Origin: Octopus bimaculoides
Taxonomy: Eukaryota
DNA: 64,000 bases
Direction: 5' to 3'
Assembly (NCBI RefSeq): GCF_001194135.2
Contig: NC_068986.1
Span: forward strand, 30,078,178-30,142,177
Of the stretch, positions 37,128-50,709 are shown piece after piece (the stretch's first letter is position 1; each line of letters opens with the position of its first letter). The position numbers and the translations under genes were made by a program. Under the pieces are notes generated by a model that was not told the DNA's origin, did no database searches, and worked only from the letters and a program-made list of their open reading frames with translations.

Positions 37128-37575
37128 GGCAGTGAGCTGGCAAAATTGTTACTGTGCCAGGAAAATACTTAGCAGCATTTCTTCCAACTTTACATCTTGA
37201 GTTCAAATGCCACTGGGGTTAACTTTGCTTTTCATTCTTTTGGGGTTGATAAAATGAGTATCAGTTGAGCACAGGGGTCTATCTAATCAACTTACTCTCT
37301 TATCAAAAATTACCGGCCTTATTCCAAAATTTAAAACCAATATTATTCATTATGGGGCAGTAAGCTAGCAGAACCATTACCACATCAGAAAAATGCTTTG
37401 TGATATTTCTTCTGATTTTATGTTCTGAGTTCAAATTCTGCCAACATCAACTTTATTTTTCACCCCTTCAGTTCAGTAAAATAAGTACCAGTTGAGCACT
37501 GGGGTCAATGTAATTAACTTTCCAACCTCCATCCTGCTACCTGAAATTGCTGGCTCTGTGCCAAAATTTGAAAGT
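37128..37575 (+). mobile_element. Two head-to-tail SINE A copies separated and flanked by the same 17-bp motif
   Basis: Motif aaYattattcattatRg at 37111-37127, 37339-37355 and 37576-37592; a third degenerate copy follows to about 37770. Confidence 0.8.
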
Positions 37576-38068
37576 AATATTATTCATTATAGATATGGCT
37601 TGGTAATATTAAAGCATTAGACAAAGTACTTTGCAGTATTTGTATTGACGAGGCCAACTTTATTTTTTATTTTCCAGGGATTGATAAGATAAAGAACCAG
37701 TCAAGTGTCAGAATCAATAAATCATTTATGCTCCTCCCTCAAATTTGAGGCATTGTGCCAATAATAGAAATTATATTTCTCATTAAATAAGATGATGCTC
37801 TCTAATTACGCTTAATGCAATATAGTATTTGAAATACATAGTATTTGGCTATTTATCTTGAAAACAAAATTTTTTAAGGATTTCTCATTGCTATAAACAT
37901 TTAAAATGTCATAAAGTTTTATCTACAGAAAAAACAACTGAACTTCAATAACTTTTGGAGTGATTACTTTAGTCTAATTATAAACCTTCAGTTTCAAATT
38001 ACTTAAGTATTTAATTTAAATTATATATCTAAAATTACTGAAAGGTTATATGAGTTCATTATTTTGTT

Positions 38069-38303
38069 TAATCTTTTTAATACCAACCCACATAACATCG
38101 GCCCTGGTTTTATTTAAATTTCCCATGTTAAATTGATTTAAATCAAAACCTTCCTTCAAAATTTCAGGTTAGTTTATGTTCCAAAATACCAGATTAATAA
38201 GGACAAAATTATTTTACTGAACTCTTCATCATTTTCAAAATTAACTGAAGCAACTATAACATATTTCAACAGAAATGTGGTAAAAAAGAAGATGGGTGGT
38301 TAA
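38069..38303 (+). mobile_element. MITE family P2
   Basis: TTAAtctttttaataccaaccc...catatttcaacagaaatgtggtaaaaaag...TTAA. Confidence 0.65.
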
Positions 38304-39394
38304 GGTTGATAATGGCATGGTCTGTACTATACGAAATATTTTACTGCATCCAAAGTTTAATAACACACTTTACCAAGTTCAATTTCTGCTACGATCTTAT
38401 GTCTTTCATGCTTCCAGGGTTGGAAGTGATAATACAAACACTAGTAAGATAGTGGAATTAAATATATCAGCTATATATTCTTTCTTTATAAAAACTCTCC
38501 TATGCCTTGCTAGAATAAAATCATTGTAAATATTCTCTTTGCCAGTTTCACCAAATATTTTTACGGTCATTTCTTCTATAAAAACAGTGAGAAAAATATT
38601 TTTGCAGCTGGGTGGACCTCTTAAAAAATGTGACTTCAATTGTGACTGTTACTCAACTGGACAAGAAATAACTGCCAAATTATCTCCAAATCATATTCTG
38701 TTATCTTATAAAACTAAGGGTAGATTAGATAATGCACATTATAGCGACAGAAAGAAACAACAAAAAAGACAGGATGCTTATCACTTTTGATCATTGGATT
38801 GCTTAATCAGGGCTAACAAAGAACTAAACAATAACAACTGTGAAGATTATGGGGTGAGTTTGATTCCACTGTTCACTACCTTGGACAAGTTCTATTGTAG
38901 CCTTATGTTGACTTGTACCCTTTTTGTATAGGATTTGGTACAAAGTGAGTGTGCAGAAGTCCATTGCATGTGTGTGTGTGTATGTGTGTACATGCATACA
39001 TACATACATGGTATAAAAAAAAGACACACAAAGATGATGTAGAAAAATAAAACACTTAGTGAATTATGTTGATGCTCAGGAAGATTGAAAGAAGTCTTGA
39101 CTGTTTCAAGCATGCACTCTTCTATGGAAAGGATAGATGAGAAGAGAAAAAGATAGAGAGGAAAGAACAAATGTGTTTCAATTAAATGGTCACCACATGT
39201 TGAAAATATGTATAGTTTTTGAAACGGTGTTTATCTCTATGACTTAAGTTTCACAAACTGAAATCTTCTGGTGAGAAGGTCACAGTAGAAGGAAATTCAA
39301 ATCACAAGGATAAATGATTAGTTTCAATAAACCATATGCTCTACAAAATGTATTGAGCCATTCTTTCTCTTACGTTCAACACAATTCAGCATTT

Positions 39395-39494
<100 letters not shown>

Positions 39495-40924
39495 ATGCAC
39501 ATTAATGTGTGTGAGTGTTCATATCTTTCACCATTGTGTATTGGTGGAGGATGTAACCATATGTGAGGCACCGAAGTTCTTCAAATGAAATCTGTAGCAT
39601 TGTGTTACTAATGCTCACTTGTCTCTCTTACTGTCAGAAACACTGTGAACCAGGGCTTGGTTCACTGGAAATGTAATCAATGATGTCATTGTTCACAAAT
39701 TACTGAATTAAATGAATTAAAAACTCATTATTCTATCATTGCATACTTTCCCCACTATCTCCTTAAAATCTGTTTTACATCATTGGGTTTTGTAAGCATA
39801 GGCATTTGCTTAAGTTTCAGTGGAGAGGAGCTGGCACTTCTCCCGCAGTTAAGTTTTGTGAGGTGCACATTGTAATAATGTAAATTATCTGGGATCATAC
39901 ACCCACACAGTTACACAACAATGTAACCAATAGTGAAACATCACAAACATCTCACCATCAAGCTTTTGTTTATTGGAGAAAAACAATAAACAAAACAATA
40001 GCAAACAGAATTTAAATTCTCATAAAGAAAGTTATGTTAATTATTTATTCATTGCTATTTTATCAATAAATTATTGGTTTTTACACATTCTTAAATTTCT
40101 ATTCTTGTTATAATTGAATATTATAAGATCAGTAAATAGGAGAGGAAAAGAAAATAACTCTCTCTCACGTGAGAAAAGATCACTATGGTTCCTTAGTTTG
40201 GTTTTTGTAAAATATATAATACCAGCTTTTCAGTTATAAACTCCATAATTTTTCTATTGGCTGTTAAACAAAATAGAATATTGTGATTGCTATTATTATT
40301 TCAGACTCATTTTACATTGTTTTTATATTTTGGTAATGTTTTAAATATTTGAGAAACATCAAAAATGTTTATTCATTTTATTTATTCATTTTATTTAATT
40401 TTATTTATTTATTAAAACAAAAACTCATTTTCAATTGTTTATAAAGAATCTCTTTATATTAAATTGACTGGATTAGTTTATGTATATTATCTTTTTTATG
40501 TATTTAGTTTTCCTGTAGCTTATATATGAAATTATTATTTTTTTAAATAGGAATAATTTCATCTTTTTTTATAATAGTCTTTTCTTATATATATATTTAT
40601 ATATATATATATATTTATGATTTGTAATTTTTGTTAACCATTTAAATGCCTCACCATTATTCTTTTGTTAATATTAATTCCACTTGAAAAAACATAATGA
40701 TCTTGTTTTTATTATTCCCTTTAATATAAAAACAATCTTATGTTAACGTTGAGTGTTTCTTTTCTATTTTTTAAAAACTTTTTATACTAAACTTCTTTTG
40801 GTTCTTAGTCTTCATAACTATTTTCTAATACAATATATTACAACAGTAACAATAGCAACTACAGCAGTGTTCCTCCTCTGACAAACTAATCGAAGAAAAA
40901 GAAGATCCACAAACATCCACCCAT

Positions 40925-40959
<35 letters not shown>

Positions 40960-41285
40960 TACAAACATTCATATATACACACACATTAATTCACATTTCA
41001 CAGCAAGCACATTCCTTAATAATGTGTGTGTGTGTGCACATGCTGTTTGATTTGACTCTCAACATGTTGCAGAATATAAAATACATTATTAGCTTAATTT
41101 AGGATATCAAGCATTTTGCTACAAGGATGTGCAGCAAATATCATTATTGAAACATTTTAAACTTGAGTGAACTAATCTGCAAAATGTCTGCTAGCAGAAA
41201 GGTAAAATACCATTTATTGCAAAAAAAAAAAAAAAATGCTAAAAAGGTGAGAAAATAATGAGGTAATGTCTGTCTGATTCCCTCT

Positions 41286-41332
<47 letters not shown>

Positions 41333-41974
41333 TGGATTTATGGTGGATTCTTCTGTTGTAAATGACAAATGAGTTCTCAGTCAGAATTCAACCATATTGG
41401 GCCACCAATTCACTGAATTACCTGCGCAGATGATATGTTTGCAATGATCAAATATTTGAGCAGTACTTTAGCTCATTCTCTCCATCAAATCGACATTGCT
41501 TGGACATTGCTTGTGCCACATGTTATATATCACGGCGATCATAGACCATATTCAGAATATTAGGCTTGTTCTATCTTACTGGTCTATATACTCATAACTA
41601 GTATGGTGTCATTTGCAATGGACCATTCTGGGTACAAAATGGGGTGGAATACCCACAATGATCTGTGAAGATGTTTGCTCAAGTACCAACCAAGGAAGAA
41701 TTCTCACACCTCTGTGTGAGTATGTGTGTGTGTGTGTGTTTTTGTGTGTGTGTGTGCGTGCGTGCATGCATGTGTGCATGTATGCATGTGAATTTTAACA
41801 GTTGAAACCATGTCAGAACAGACAATGTAACATGATGCAGTCCTCTAACTAGTCAAATTCTATCAAACCATTTCACCGATGTCACCATGGAAGATGAACA
41901 TAAATGATGATGACGATGATAATGATGATGGTGATGATATATATTCAGCAGCAACACCGATGTTGGTTTAACCT

Positions 41975-42180
41975 CCACTTTTCCATGCTTTCATAGATCA
42001 GATAGAATTTAGTGAGGCAGATGTCCTAAGACTGGATGCCCTTCCTGTCACCAAGCCTTAACTGTTTCCAAACAAATTAATATTTCCCCATGGCAGACAT
42101 CTTTCCATGGAAGTTTGGACACTGTTTGTATGACAGTGACACTTATTTACTACTATTGTTCAATGTAAGACAAGGAGATG
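41975..42180 (-). mobile_element. Retroposon 3' part with RTE-type tail, diverged
   Basis: tttaacctccacttttccatgc...ctggatgcccttcctgtcacc; tail-to-tail with a plus-strand RTE-like tail at about 41800-41940. Confidence 0.6.
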
Positions 42181-42422
42181 CAGTTCCGCTCCCTCTTTCA
42201 GCTGAGAGGCCTTTCTCTCATAAGCTGCTTGGACACCTTGCTGGTGTCTCTGAGTGCAAATCCCATGGTCATTCATGACTGAAGGAGCCTTTACACTAAT
42301 GAGTAACCCTCCAACAGATTGGCATCCCATTCAGAGGCAGCGCTATGATCTTGATCACCAATGCACATAGAAATTTGGTGGCTAGACCTAAGAGTCCAAG
42401 AGGTCAATTCAGGAGGTGATGG

Positions 42423-42456
<34 letters not shown>

Positions 42457-42594
42457 AGACCGAGTTGACCTCTTTGATAACTGAAATCAGAATATAAAGA
42501 ACTGGAACAATTACTATGCAACATTTTTCCAATGCTGAAATGATATAGCCAATCGACTAACATACTAGCTTACTTGAATGTGCGGGTGTGCACA

Positions 42595-42629
<35 letters not shown>

Positions 42630-42649
42630 TGGTGATGTTAGGAAAGAGG

Positions 42650-42745
42650 AAGTGATGCTATAGAAGAAAGGAATTGTGGCATTGGATGAATGAGTGCAAA
42701 GATAGTGGATTAAGACTCTTTTGTTTAAAAGTACAATAGAAAATT

Positions 42746-42797
<52 letters not shown>

Positions 42798-43055
42798 ATA
42801 AATGTACAAGAAAAATGCTGAAAAATATGGAAAACAGAAATATTACTTGAAAGATTTGGTGTATGGGAAAAAGGAAAAGAATATGAAATGGAAAAGTAAG
42901 TGAGGAGGAGTAGGGCAAAAGAGGAAGAGGACTTGAGTGAGAAATTAACTGAAAACAGAGGGAGAGAGAGAGAGAGAGAGAGAGAGGGTGTATGTGTGTG
43001 TGAGAGAGAGANNNNNNNNNNGAGAGGGTGTATGTGTGTGTGAGAGAGAGAGAGA

Positions 43056-43091
<36 letters not shown>

Positions 43092-43430
43092 AACACACAA
43101 ACACACATATATATGCATGAACATACATATATAAGGTGAACTGGGTAAAGAAGAACTAATAGACTACGTAGAAGCATGAAAAGCAGGAGATAAAGAGGAA
43201 GTGGGAGAGGGGAGTTAGAAAGAGAGTAGGAGGTAAGACAGAAGAGACAAGAATAAGCAAAAGAAAACCAAAAAAAAAAGAGGTACTAAGAAAGAAAGAA
43301 AATAAAGTCAGGGGTGTTGGTGAAAGGAGGATAAAGAAAAAATAAAAATATAAATTAGATAAGGAAAAAAATCCATATTTAAGAAAAAAATCAAAGAACA
43401 AAACAAAAACAAGACAAATATAAATAAACA
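42650..43430. repeat. Purine-rich low-complexity region with (GA)n and (GT)n tracts
   Basis: Strong A/G bias on plus; contains a 10-N gap with the same flank on both sides. Confidence 0.85.
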
Positions 43431-43649
43431 TGTTTTAAATGATTGTTTTGAATCAATATCTGGAGAACATCATCAAATTTACAGTTTTCCAATGCTGTGA
43501 TTGGAGGAAAAGATTGACTAGGATAAGATAGATATCAGAGTTTGTCAGCAGAAAGTAGCAAACGCTCCGGATGTAGGAATATAGATACAATCAATAAGGG
43601 TGCACTTTGAAAAGTAATGAGTGAAAAATTATGACAAAACAAACAAAAA

Positions 43650-43692
<43 letters not shown>

Positions 43693-43695
<3 letters not shown>

Positions 43696-43847
43696 TCATC
43701 ATCATCATCGTTTAACGTCCGCTTTCCATGCTAGCATGGGTTGGACGATTTGACTGAGGACTGGTGAAACCAGATGGCTGCACCAGGTTCCAATCTGATT
43801 TGGCAGAGTTTCTACAGCTGGATGCCCTTCCTAACGCCAACCACTCC
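43693..43847 (-). mobile_element. RTE LINE 3' end
   Basis: (tca)n-tcgtttaacgtccgctttccatgctagcatggg...gcccttcctaacgccaaccactccg; tail abuts (TA)n. Confidence 0.92.
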
Positions 43848-45178
43848 GCTTTTGATTTGCTAGAATTTAACAAACCATATCTCAGGTCCCAAAAGCCAAA
43901 TTTTAAGTTTCTCTGGCTCAGATTTGTAAGTGCACACATTCTGTTGCATGCAAAGAAAAAAAAAAGCTACCCTTGTACAGACTTTATTATAAATTTATTC
44001 AATTACAAATTGAAGCAGCTCTAGTATTGTAAACACAATCAACCGCACACAGTCAATGTATGTGTTTTGCTTGTTTACCAGTTCACTGCAGTATAGTGCT
44101 TTGGGGATGACTCCCTTATTGCACTGGTTGTTAAAACACATGAAAATCATAGAAAGGTGAGACAACTTGCCTCCAGTCCCATTCAGGAGTGATGGATATT
44201 GATAAATTTATATAAACCACTGAGGATACGACACAATAAAAGCCTAACAATTTTCTGCATGCGAATGCAAGATATTAAATTACTCATTGTTAACTGTTTG
44301 GAATTTTACAGCATAGCATGGACATTGTTTAAGACAGACAGACACACACACACACATACACACACACACACACACACACATGCACACACATGCACATACA
44401 CCTACAGGCACACACACGCACATGTGCGCACGCACATGCACATACACACACACACACACACCAAGAAGCACTGTGTTCAAATAATTAATAATCATCTTTC
44501 ACCTCAGAAAAGATGAAAATGAAATTAGTTATCTATTGGTGGTTGCACTTCTTGCTTATGTTCGAAACAGAGGTCATAGCTTGGTTCATAGGTTTATAAA
44601 TAAGTCAAGCTTTCTCTGGTACTACAGTTAATGTTTATATACACAAATAGATTTTTCAAGAACCAAATAATATTTGTTCAATAAAGACATGATTTTGTTT
44701 AAATATAGAGCTGATGGATGGGTAGATAGTACCAAGAATGGTAACCCATAATCATTTAGGAAATTAACTAAACATCAAAAAGATTTGGTTTCTCACTTTT
44801 CCTTCTCTTTCATATTTGCATCTACAGCCATTCTTAGATTCTGTTGTGTGGTTACTGTTTATCCCCAAGGTTAGCCCTGGTAAAGGGCTGACAAGGATAA
44901 AAGCGTATCCCAGTTGTGAATACTCCATCTCATTTTTTGGGTGGGAGTATCATAATATATCTGCGAATATATTATACAATGTTTCTTTACTGTTCTCAAG
45001 ATAGCAGGGTATGATATGAGGGGAAATTTGGCTGCTATTTTTAACAGTTTGAGCAACCACATAGAGATTTTCCTGTTAGCTTATTCATTCTTAGTTCTAA
45101 ATATGTCTTCTACATTCAGTGCTAGATTAGTTCTTGAAACCAAAATTTAAGCTAGTTAAAAGACATTCAAGCAAGTTC

Positions 45179-45465
45179 ATTGCCAGTACCGCTGGACTGG
45201 CTCCTGTGCAGGCGGCACGTAAAATACACCATTTCGAGTGTGGCCATTGCCAGTACTCCTGACTGGCCTTCGTGCCAGTGGTACGTAAAAGCACCCACTA
45301 CACTCTCGGAGTGGTTGGCATTAGGAAGGGCATCCAGCTGTAGAAACTCTGCCAAATCAGATTGGAGCCTGGTGTAGCCATCTGGTTCACCAGTCCTCAG
45401 TCAAATCGTCCAACCCATGCTAGCATGGAAAGCAGACTTTAAACGATGATGATGATGATGATGAT
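45179..45465 (+). mobile_element. RTE LINE 3' UTR with tandem subrepeats and (GAT)n tail
   Basis: Same sequence as 28390-28726. Confidence 0.92.
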
Positions 45466-46267
45466 TGAAGTTACAAATCATAACTGAGATACCACGTGAA
45501 CAGGATGAAGATGACTGCTGTTGGGTGTCAGGAAATAAGGAAAATCAGTCAGTAATCATTAAAAAAAACTGTATGAACCCCTCTGCATGAGGGAGTCATG
45601 TAAAAAAGTTAGAACTGATAAAAACTGTTTCAGATTGAAGATATGAAAATAGCATAACCAAACAGCTAAATATCTATTTTTTCTCTGAAGTCAGATAGAA
45701 GTTCATATTGAGAACTAATTAAATAGGAAGAAAGTTTGGATTGAATGTAGGGTTATTTAGAGTTCAGTAATTGTTCCTTTTCATATATGGTACATCAGCA
45801 AGCATTCTAGGTCTTTTATCATAAACAATTCTCTAGTATCCTTTCATTAATGATCCCACCCCAACCCCAATTTCCTTACACCATTTTTGTCCATTATTAT
45901 AGTCAAGTTTTTGTAAGTTATTAAGTTTTAAAAGCTTAGATAAATGAAAATCAAAACAAGATAGAAAGCACTAACCATATAAAAAAAAGTAATGAAATGG
46001 GTCAGATAATTTACAGTATTGGAAATTCAGTTTTGTTTCAAAAAAAGTAAAATAAAAGTTCCCTATTTATTTTCATAGCCATTGAGTCAAAAGTAATATC
46101 CAAACATCTTAAAGTTTCTGAGCTTTATATTAGGAAAGAAGTAGAATATCTGCAGAAATATGTCAGTTTAATTACTTTTACTGGTGTTGCAATACATTCC
46201 TAGGCTAAACACATTATCCTACATACTTTCATAAAAAGAAATATTAATAGTAATGATGATGATAATA

Positions 46268-46728
46268 ATCTTTTCTACTCTAGGCACAAGGCCCCAAATT
46301 TTTGGGGAGGGGGCCAGTCAATTAGATCGACTCCAGTATGCAACTGGCACTTAATTTATCGAACCTGAAAGGCAAAGTTGACCTCGGTGGAATTTGAACT
46401 CAGAATGTAAAGACAGACAAAATACCATTAAGCATTTCACCCAGCGTGCTAATGATTCTGCCAGCTTGCTGCCTTGATGATCATAATAATAAACTAAGAC
46501 TGCAGTGGATATATATTAGTTTCAAATTTTGTTACAAGGCTAGCAAGTTTGGGGGGAAAGAATAAGTCAATGACATCAACCCTAGTGTTCAACTAGTACT
46601 TATTTTATCAACCCTGAAGGATGAAAGGCAAAGTAGACCCCAGCAGAATTTGAACTCAGAATGTACAGATGGATGAAATACCATTCAGTATTTTACCAGG
46701 CATGCTAACAATTCTGCCAGCTCACCTC
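46268..46728 (-). mobile_element. Two SINE A long-variant copies (46268-46475 and 46513-46728)
   Basis: Family A cores; the second is flanked by tgcagtggatatatatta / tgtagtgaatatatatta. Confidence 0.85.
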
Positions 46729-47083
46729 GATATGTAGTGAATATATATTAATTTTATATTAGAATAAATGATTGCAAGCATGACTGAGTGGTTAAGAAGT
46801 TTACTTTGCACTCATATGATTCCAGGTTCAATCCTAGAGTGTGAAACATTGGGCAAGTGTTTTCTACCATGGGCCCCTTAGGTTGATCAAAGGTTTCTCT
46901 CAGTTTCTATTTTGGTGGACAAGATTTGTGCAAAGCTCACTGTCTGTGGGCTGGTTGCAGAATCAGTAGAGTGTTGAATAAAATGCCAGGTGGAATTTCC
47001 TCACACATTCTTTTATGTTCTTAATTTAAATTCTGTTCTGGTTAACAACATCTTTCCTCCTTCTGTGGTCAATGAAGATGGGT

Positions 47084-47417
47084 AAGGGTAAAGACCCTCT
47101 TTGGTCATGAATGATCATAGGGCTGCGCCTAGAAAGTTACCCTCCTAGGCATAAGTTCAGGCAAGATTTTTTATGGAAGACCAGCAGTCGCCAATGCATA
47201 CCAGCCTCCCCTCCCCATACCACCAATGCTATCCAAAGGAAAGACGAAAGCCAGTACAGTTTGGCACCAATTTCATCACAACTCATTTTCACAGCTGAAT
47301 GAACTGGAGTAATGTGAAATAAAGTGTTTTGTTCAAGAACATAGCACAAAGCTCAGTCTGAGAATCGAACTCACTACCTCATGATTGTGAGCCTGACACC
47401 CTAGCCACTGAACCACG
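47084..47417 (-). mobile_element. SINE family E
   Basis: Colinear with 33400-33738. Confidence 0.85.
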
Positions 47418-47541
47418 TTGGTTTTAATAGCAATCAACTGAATCCTTGATGACTGAAACCATTAAATGAGTGAAAGAACACAACCTTTGTGATTTTATAG
47501 AAGAGCCAAATCTGTAGAAAGGATAAATAAATTTTCTCTAT

Positions 47542-47972
47542 GGGCCCAAACATGACTATTTGATTAAGAAGCTTGCTTTTCAAGCACTAGGTTTCAGGTT
47601 CAGTCCCACTGTGCAGTGTCTTGGTCAAGTGTCTTCAACTATAGCCCTGAACCAACCAATGCCTTGTGAGTGAATTTGGTAAATGGAAACTTTACAGGAG
47701 CTTGTCATGTGTGCATGTGTGTGCGTGTGTATGTGTGTGTGTGTATGTCTGTGTGTGTGTGTGAGTGTCATTGTGTTTATCCTGCTATCATTACTTGACA
47801 GCTGGTGTTGGTTTGTTTATGCGCCCATAACTTAGTGGTTTGATAAATGAGACCAACAGAATAAGCACCAGACTTAAAAACTACTGGGGTCAATATATTT
47901 GATTAAACCCTTCAAGGCGGTGCCCCAGCATGGCCGTACTCCAATGACCGAAACAAATAAAAGATCAAAGAT
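47542..47972 (+). mobile_element. SINE family B, diverged
   Basis: ggttcagtcccactgtgc...ggcggtgccccagcatggccg...aaacaaataaaagat. Confidence 0.8.
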
Positions 47973-48071
47973 ATTGCAAAAAGAAAAAGAAAAACTGGGT
48001 TTGACAAATGATTCTACTCAGGCTAGCAGGAAATATATACATACATACACACATGCATACATACATACACA

Positions 48072-48102
<31 letters not shown>

Positions 48103-48518
48103 CACACAGACAAATGGAAAAGGAAGCATGAGGGCAGAGAGAACAACTTGAAAATCTACCAAAAATCTAAAAGTGTGACAAAAAAAAAAAAAGAAGTCAA
48201 GCATTTGCTATAGTGAGATTTATTGCAGATAAAAACCAAATTGGAATATTATGATTGATGAGAGCTGAAGAGAGATTGTGACTTTTTGAAATGCTTTTCC
48301 TGCAGCCATGTTCTCAACCAGCTTCCCTACGCACCTTTCAGCATCAAGGCCTAACCAAAGAAAAGTGCATTGAGAATGAAAGGTATATAAAACTGAAGGA
48401 GCAAGGCGAAGGGTGCAGGAAATTAGTATATAAGTTAAACATTTGGTAAGGAAGTAGTAATTTTAGCTGAAATGAAATATTTGACAATATGGCATGACTA
48501 ATATTTCAAAGATCAGCT

Positions 48519-48911
48519 AGGAGTGGCTGTGTGGTAAGTAGCTTGCTTACCAACCACATGGTTCCGGGTTCATTCCCACTGCATGGCACCTTGGGCAAGT
48601 GTCTTCTACTATAGCCTCGGGCCAACCAAAGCCTTGTGAGTGGATTTAGTAGACGGAAACTGAAAGAAGCCCGTCATATATATGTATATGTGTGTGTGTT
48701 TGTGTGTCTGTGTTTGTCCCCCTAGCATTGCTTGACAACCGATGGTGGTGTGTTTATGTCCCCGTAACTTAGCGGTTCGGGAAAAGAGATCGATAGAATA
48801 AGTACTAGGCTTACAAAGAATAAGTCCCGGGGGTCGATTTACTCGACTAAAAGCGGTGCTCCAGCATGGCCGCAGTCAAATGACTGAAAGAAGTAAAAGA
48901 GTAAAAGAGTA
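48519..48911 (+). mobile_element. SINE family B, full length
   Basis: Near-consensus copy with gtaaaaga tail repeats. Confidence 0.92.
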
Positions 48912-48949
<38 letters not shown>

Positions 48950-49109
48950 CTCCCCTTTCTCATTTCATTTATGCCACTAAACCAGAATACGGATAAGAAC
49001 AGTATTTATCTTAGGATAAACTGGGATTAGTCTTTTATTTTTTTCTATGATTAATGGTAAACATCAGCAAGGAAGCAATCAATGTTGTGATCTTCATGCA
49101 TTTCACAAT

Positions 49110-49415
49110 TGGTTGTGTGATTAAGAAGCCTCACTTCACAACCATTTGTTTTCTAGTTCAGTCCCTCTGCATGACACTTCAGACAAGTGTCTTCTAGTAT
49201 ATCCTCTGATTGACCAAGGCCTTGTGAATAGATTTGGTTGATGGAAACTGAAAGAAGCTTGTCCATGAAACTGTGGCCAGTTATGAAGAAGTATTACTTG
49301 GCTTGGACATGAGTGAGGATTAGCGACACGAAAGGCATCCAGTCATAAAAGATTTGCTTCAATGAATTCATCTGTGCCACTGAAGCATGGAAAATGGACA
49401 TTAAAACGATGATGG
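49110..49415 (+). mobile_element. SINE B 5' half joined to an RTE-type 3' tail
   Basis: ...gatggaaactgaaagaagc followed by ...gaaaggcatccagtc...agcatggaaaatggacattaaaacgatgatg. Confidence 0.65.
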
Positions 49416-49438
49416 GAGAAATGAAATAGTTGTAACTG

Positions 49439-49847
49439 AATATTGATTTCAAATTTTGACACAAGGCCAGCAAGTCTAGTGGAGGAGCAAGTTGATTACA
49501 TCAACCCCAGTGTTCAACTGGTACTTATTTTATCAATCCCTAAAGGACGAAAGGCAAAGTCAACCTCAGCAGAACTTGAACTCAGAACACAGCAGCAGAC
49601 AAAATGCTCACCTGCCTTACCTGTGACTCAATATTGGTTTCAAATTTTTGCACAAGGCCAGCAATTCTGGGGAATGGGGCTAAGTCAGTTACATCCACCC
49701 CAGTATTTCACTGGTACTTATTTTATCGACCCCAAAAGGATGAAAGGCAAAGTTGACTTTGATGGCATTTGAACTCAGGACATAGCGATGAACAAAATAC
49801 TGCTAAGCATTTTGCTCAGCTAACAATTCTGCCAGCTCACCACCTTA
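49439..49847 (-). mobile_element. Two tandem SINE A copies with a triplicated flank
   Basis: Motif (ct)gtRactSaatatt at about 49431-49443, 49620-49635 and 49848-49863. Confidence 0.8.
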
Positions 49848-50239
49848 ACTGTGACTGAATATTAAAAGCTAAGTTGTAGACTCAGTTTTCTTGGAGATTA
49901 TCCTCAAACAACATGGTGCATGCACTGCAGCCTGAATAATGTAGTATTTAATAAATTAGGTTAAACATCTTTTTAAGCCATATATCTTTTGTTAATACTT
50001 TCCATAGCTGAGACAATAAAGCTCTTATTTCATTTATAGTTTGCAAATTCCAAGAGGAGAAACATTAGCATTTCTTGTATCATGCTTCTTGAATTAATGT
50101 TTCACCAATGATATGTAATGCCCAACTTATATATAAATAAATGTAAGCGTAGAGAAGTAGCATAAAAAGCAAAACTATTATTTCAGGAAAGAATATGGTT
50201 TAACTTTGAACAGATGTTCCTGAATCAGTCTGGAGAATA

Positions 50240-50420
50240 TACATACATACACACACACATACATACATACATACATACATGCATGCATACATGCATACAT
50301 ACATGCATACATGCATACATACACACATACATGCATACATGCATGCATACATACATACATACATACATACATACATACATACATACATACATACATGCAT
50401 ACATACATACAATACATATA
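50240..50420. repeat. (CATA)n/(CATG) compound microsatellite
   Basis: Visible array. Confidence 0.95.
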
Positions 50421-50709
50421 TAAACAGAAATTTGATATTTTGGACATCAGATAACACCAGTAACAAACCACACCGAGAAATATGATCTTTTTTTTTGAAA
50501 AAAGAGGCTCCCAAATCTGGAATTTCTGCCAAAAGTAATTCCAATTCAAACACCCTTCCTTCCTCTTTACTAGAGTTTTAGATATTTTTTTATTCCTAGA
50601 TCCTGCTCTTTGATAATTCTTACTATTGTATGATTGATGAGAGATGAAAGAAAATTTTTAGTTTGTAAATATTTACAGGCAATTAAACTGAAAAATAATA
50701 AACTTAAAT

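Noticed and set aside
39964-39995. 12-bp perfect hairpin ttttgtttattg/caataaacaaaa
   Set aside because: Low-complexity AT-rich stem expected by chance in this composition.
43755-43785. CUGAGGA-cugg-UGAAA-ccag in RTE 3' ends as a possible hammerhead
   Set aside because: GAAA lies inside the hairpin loop rather than after stem II, and there is no stem III or NUH/stem I.
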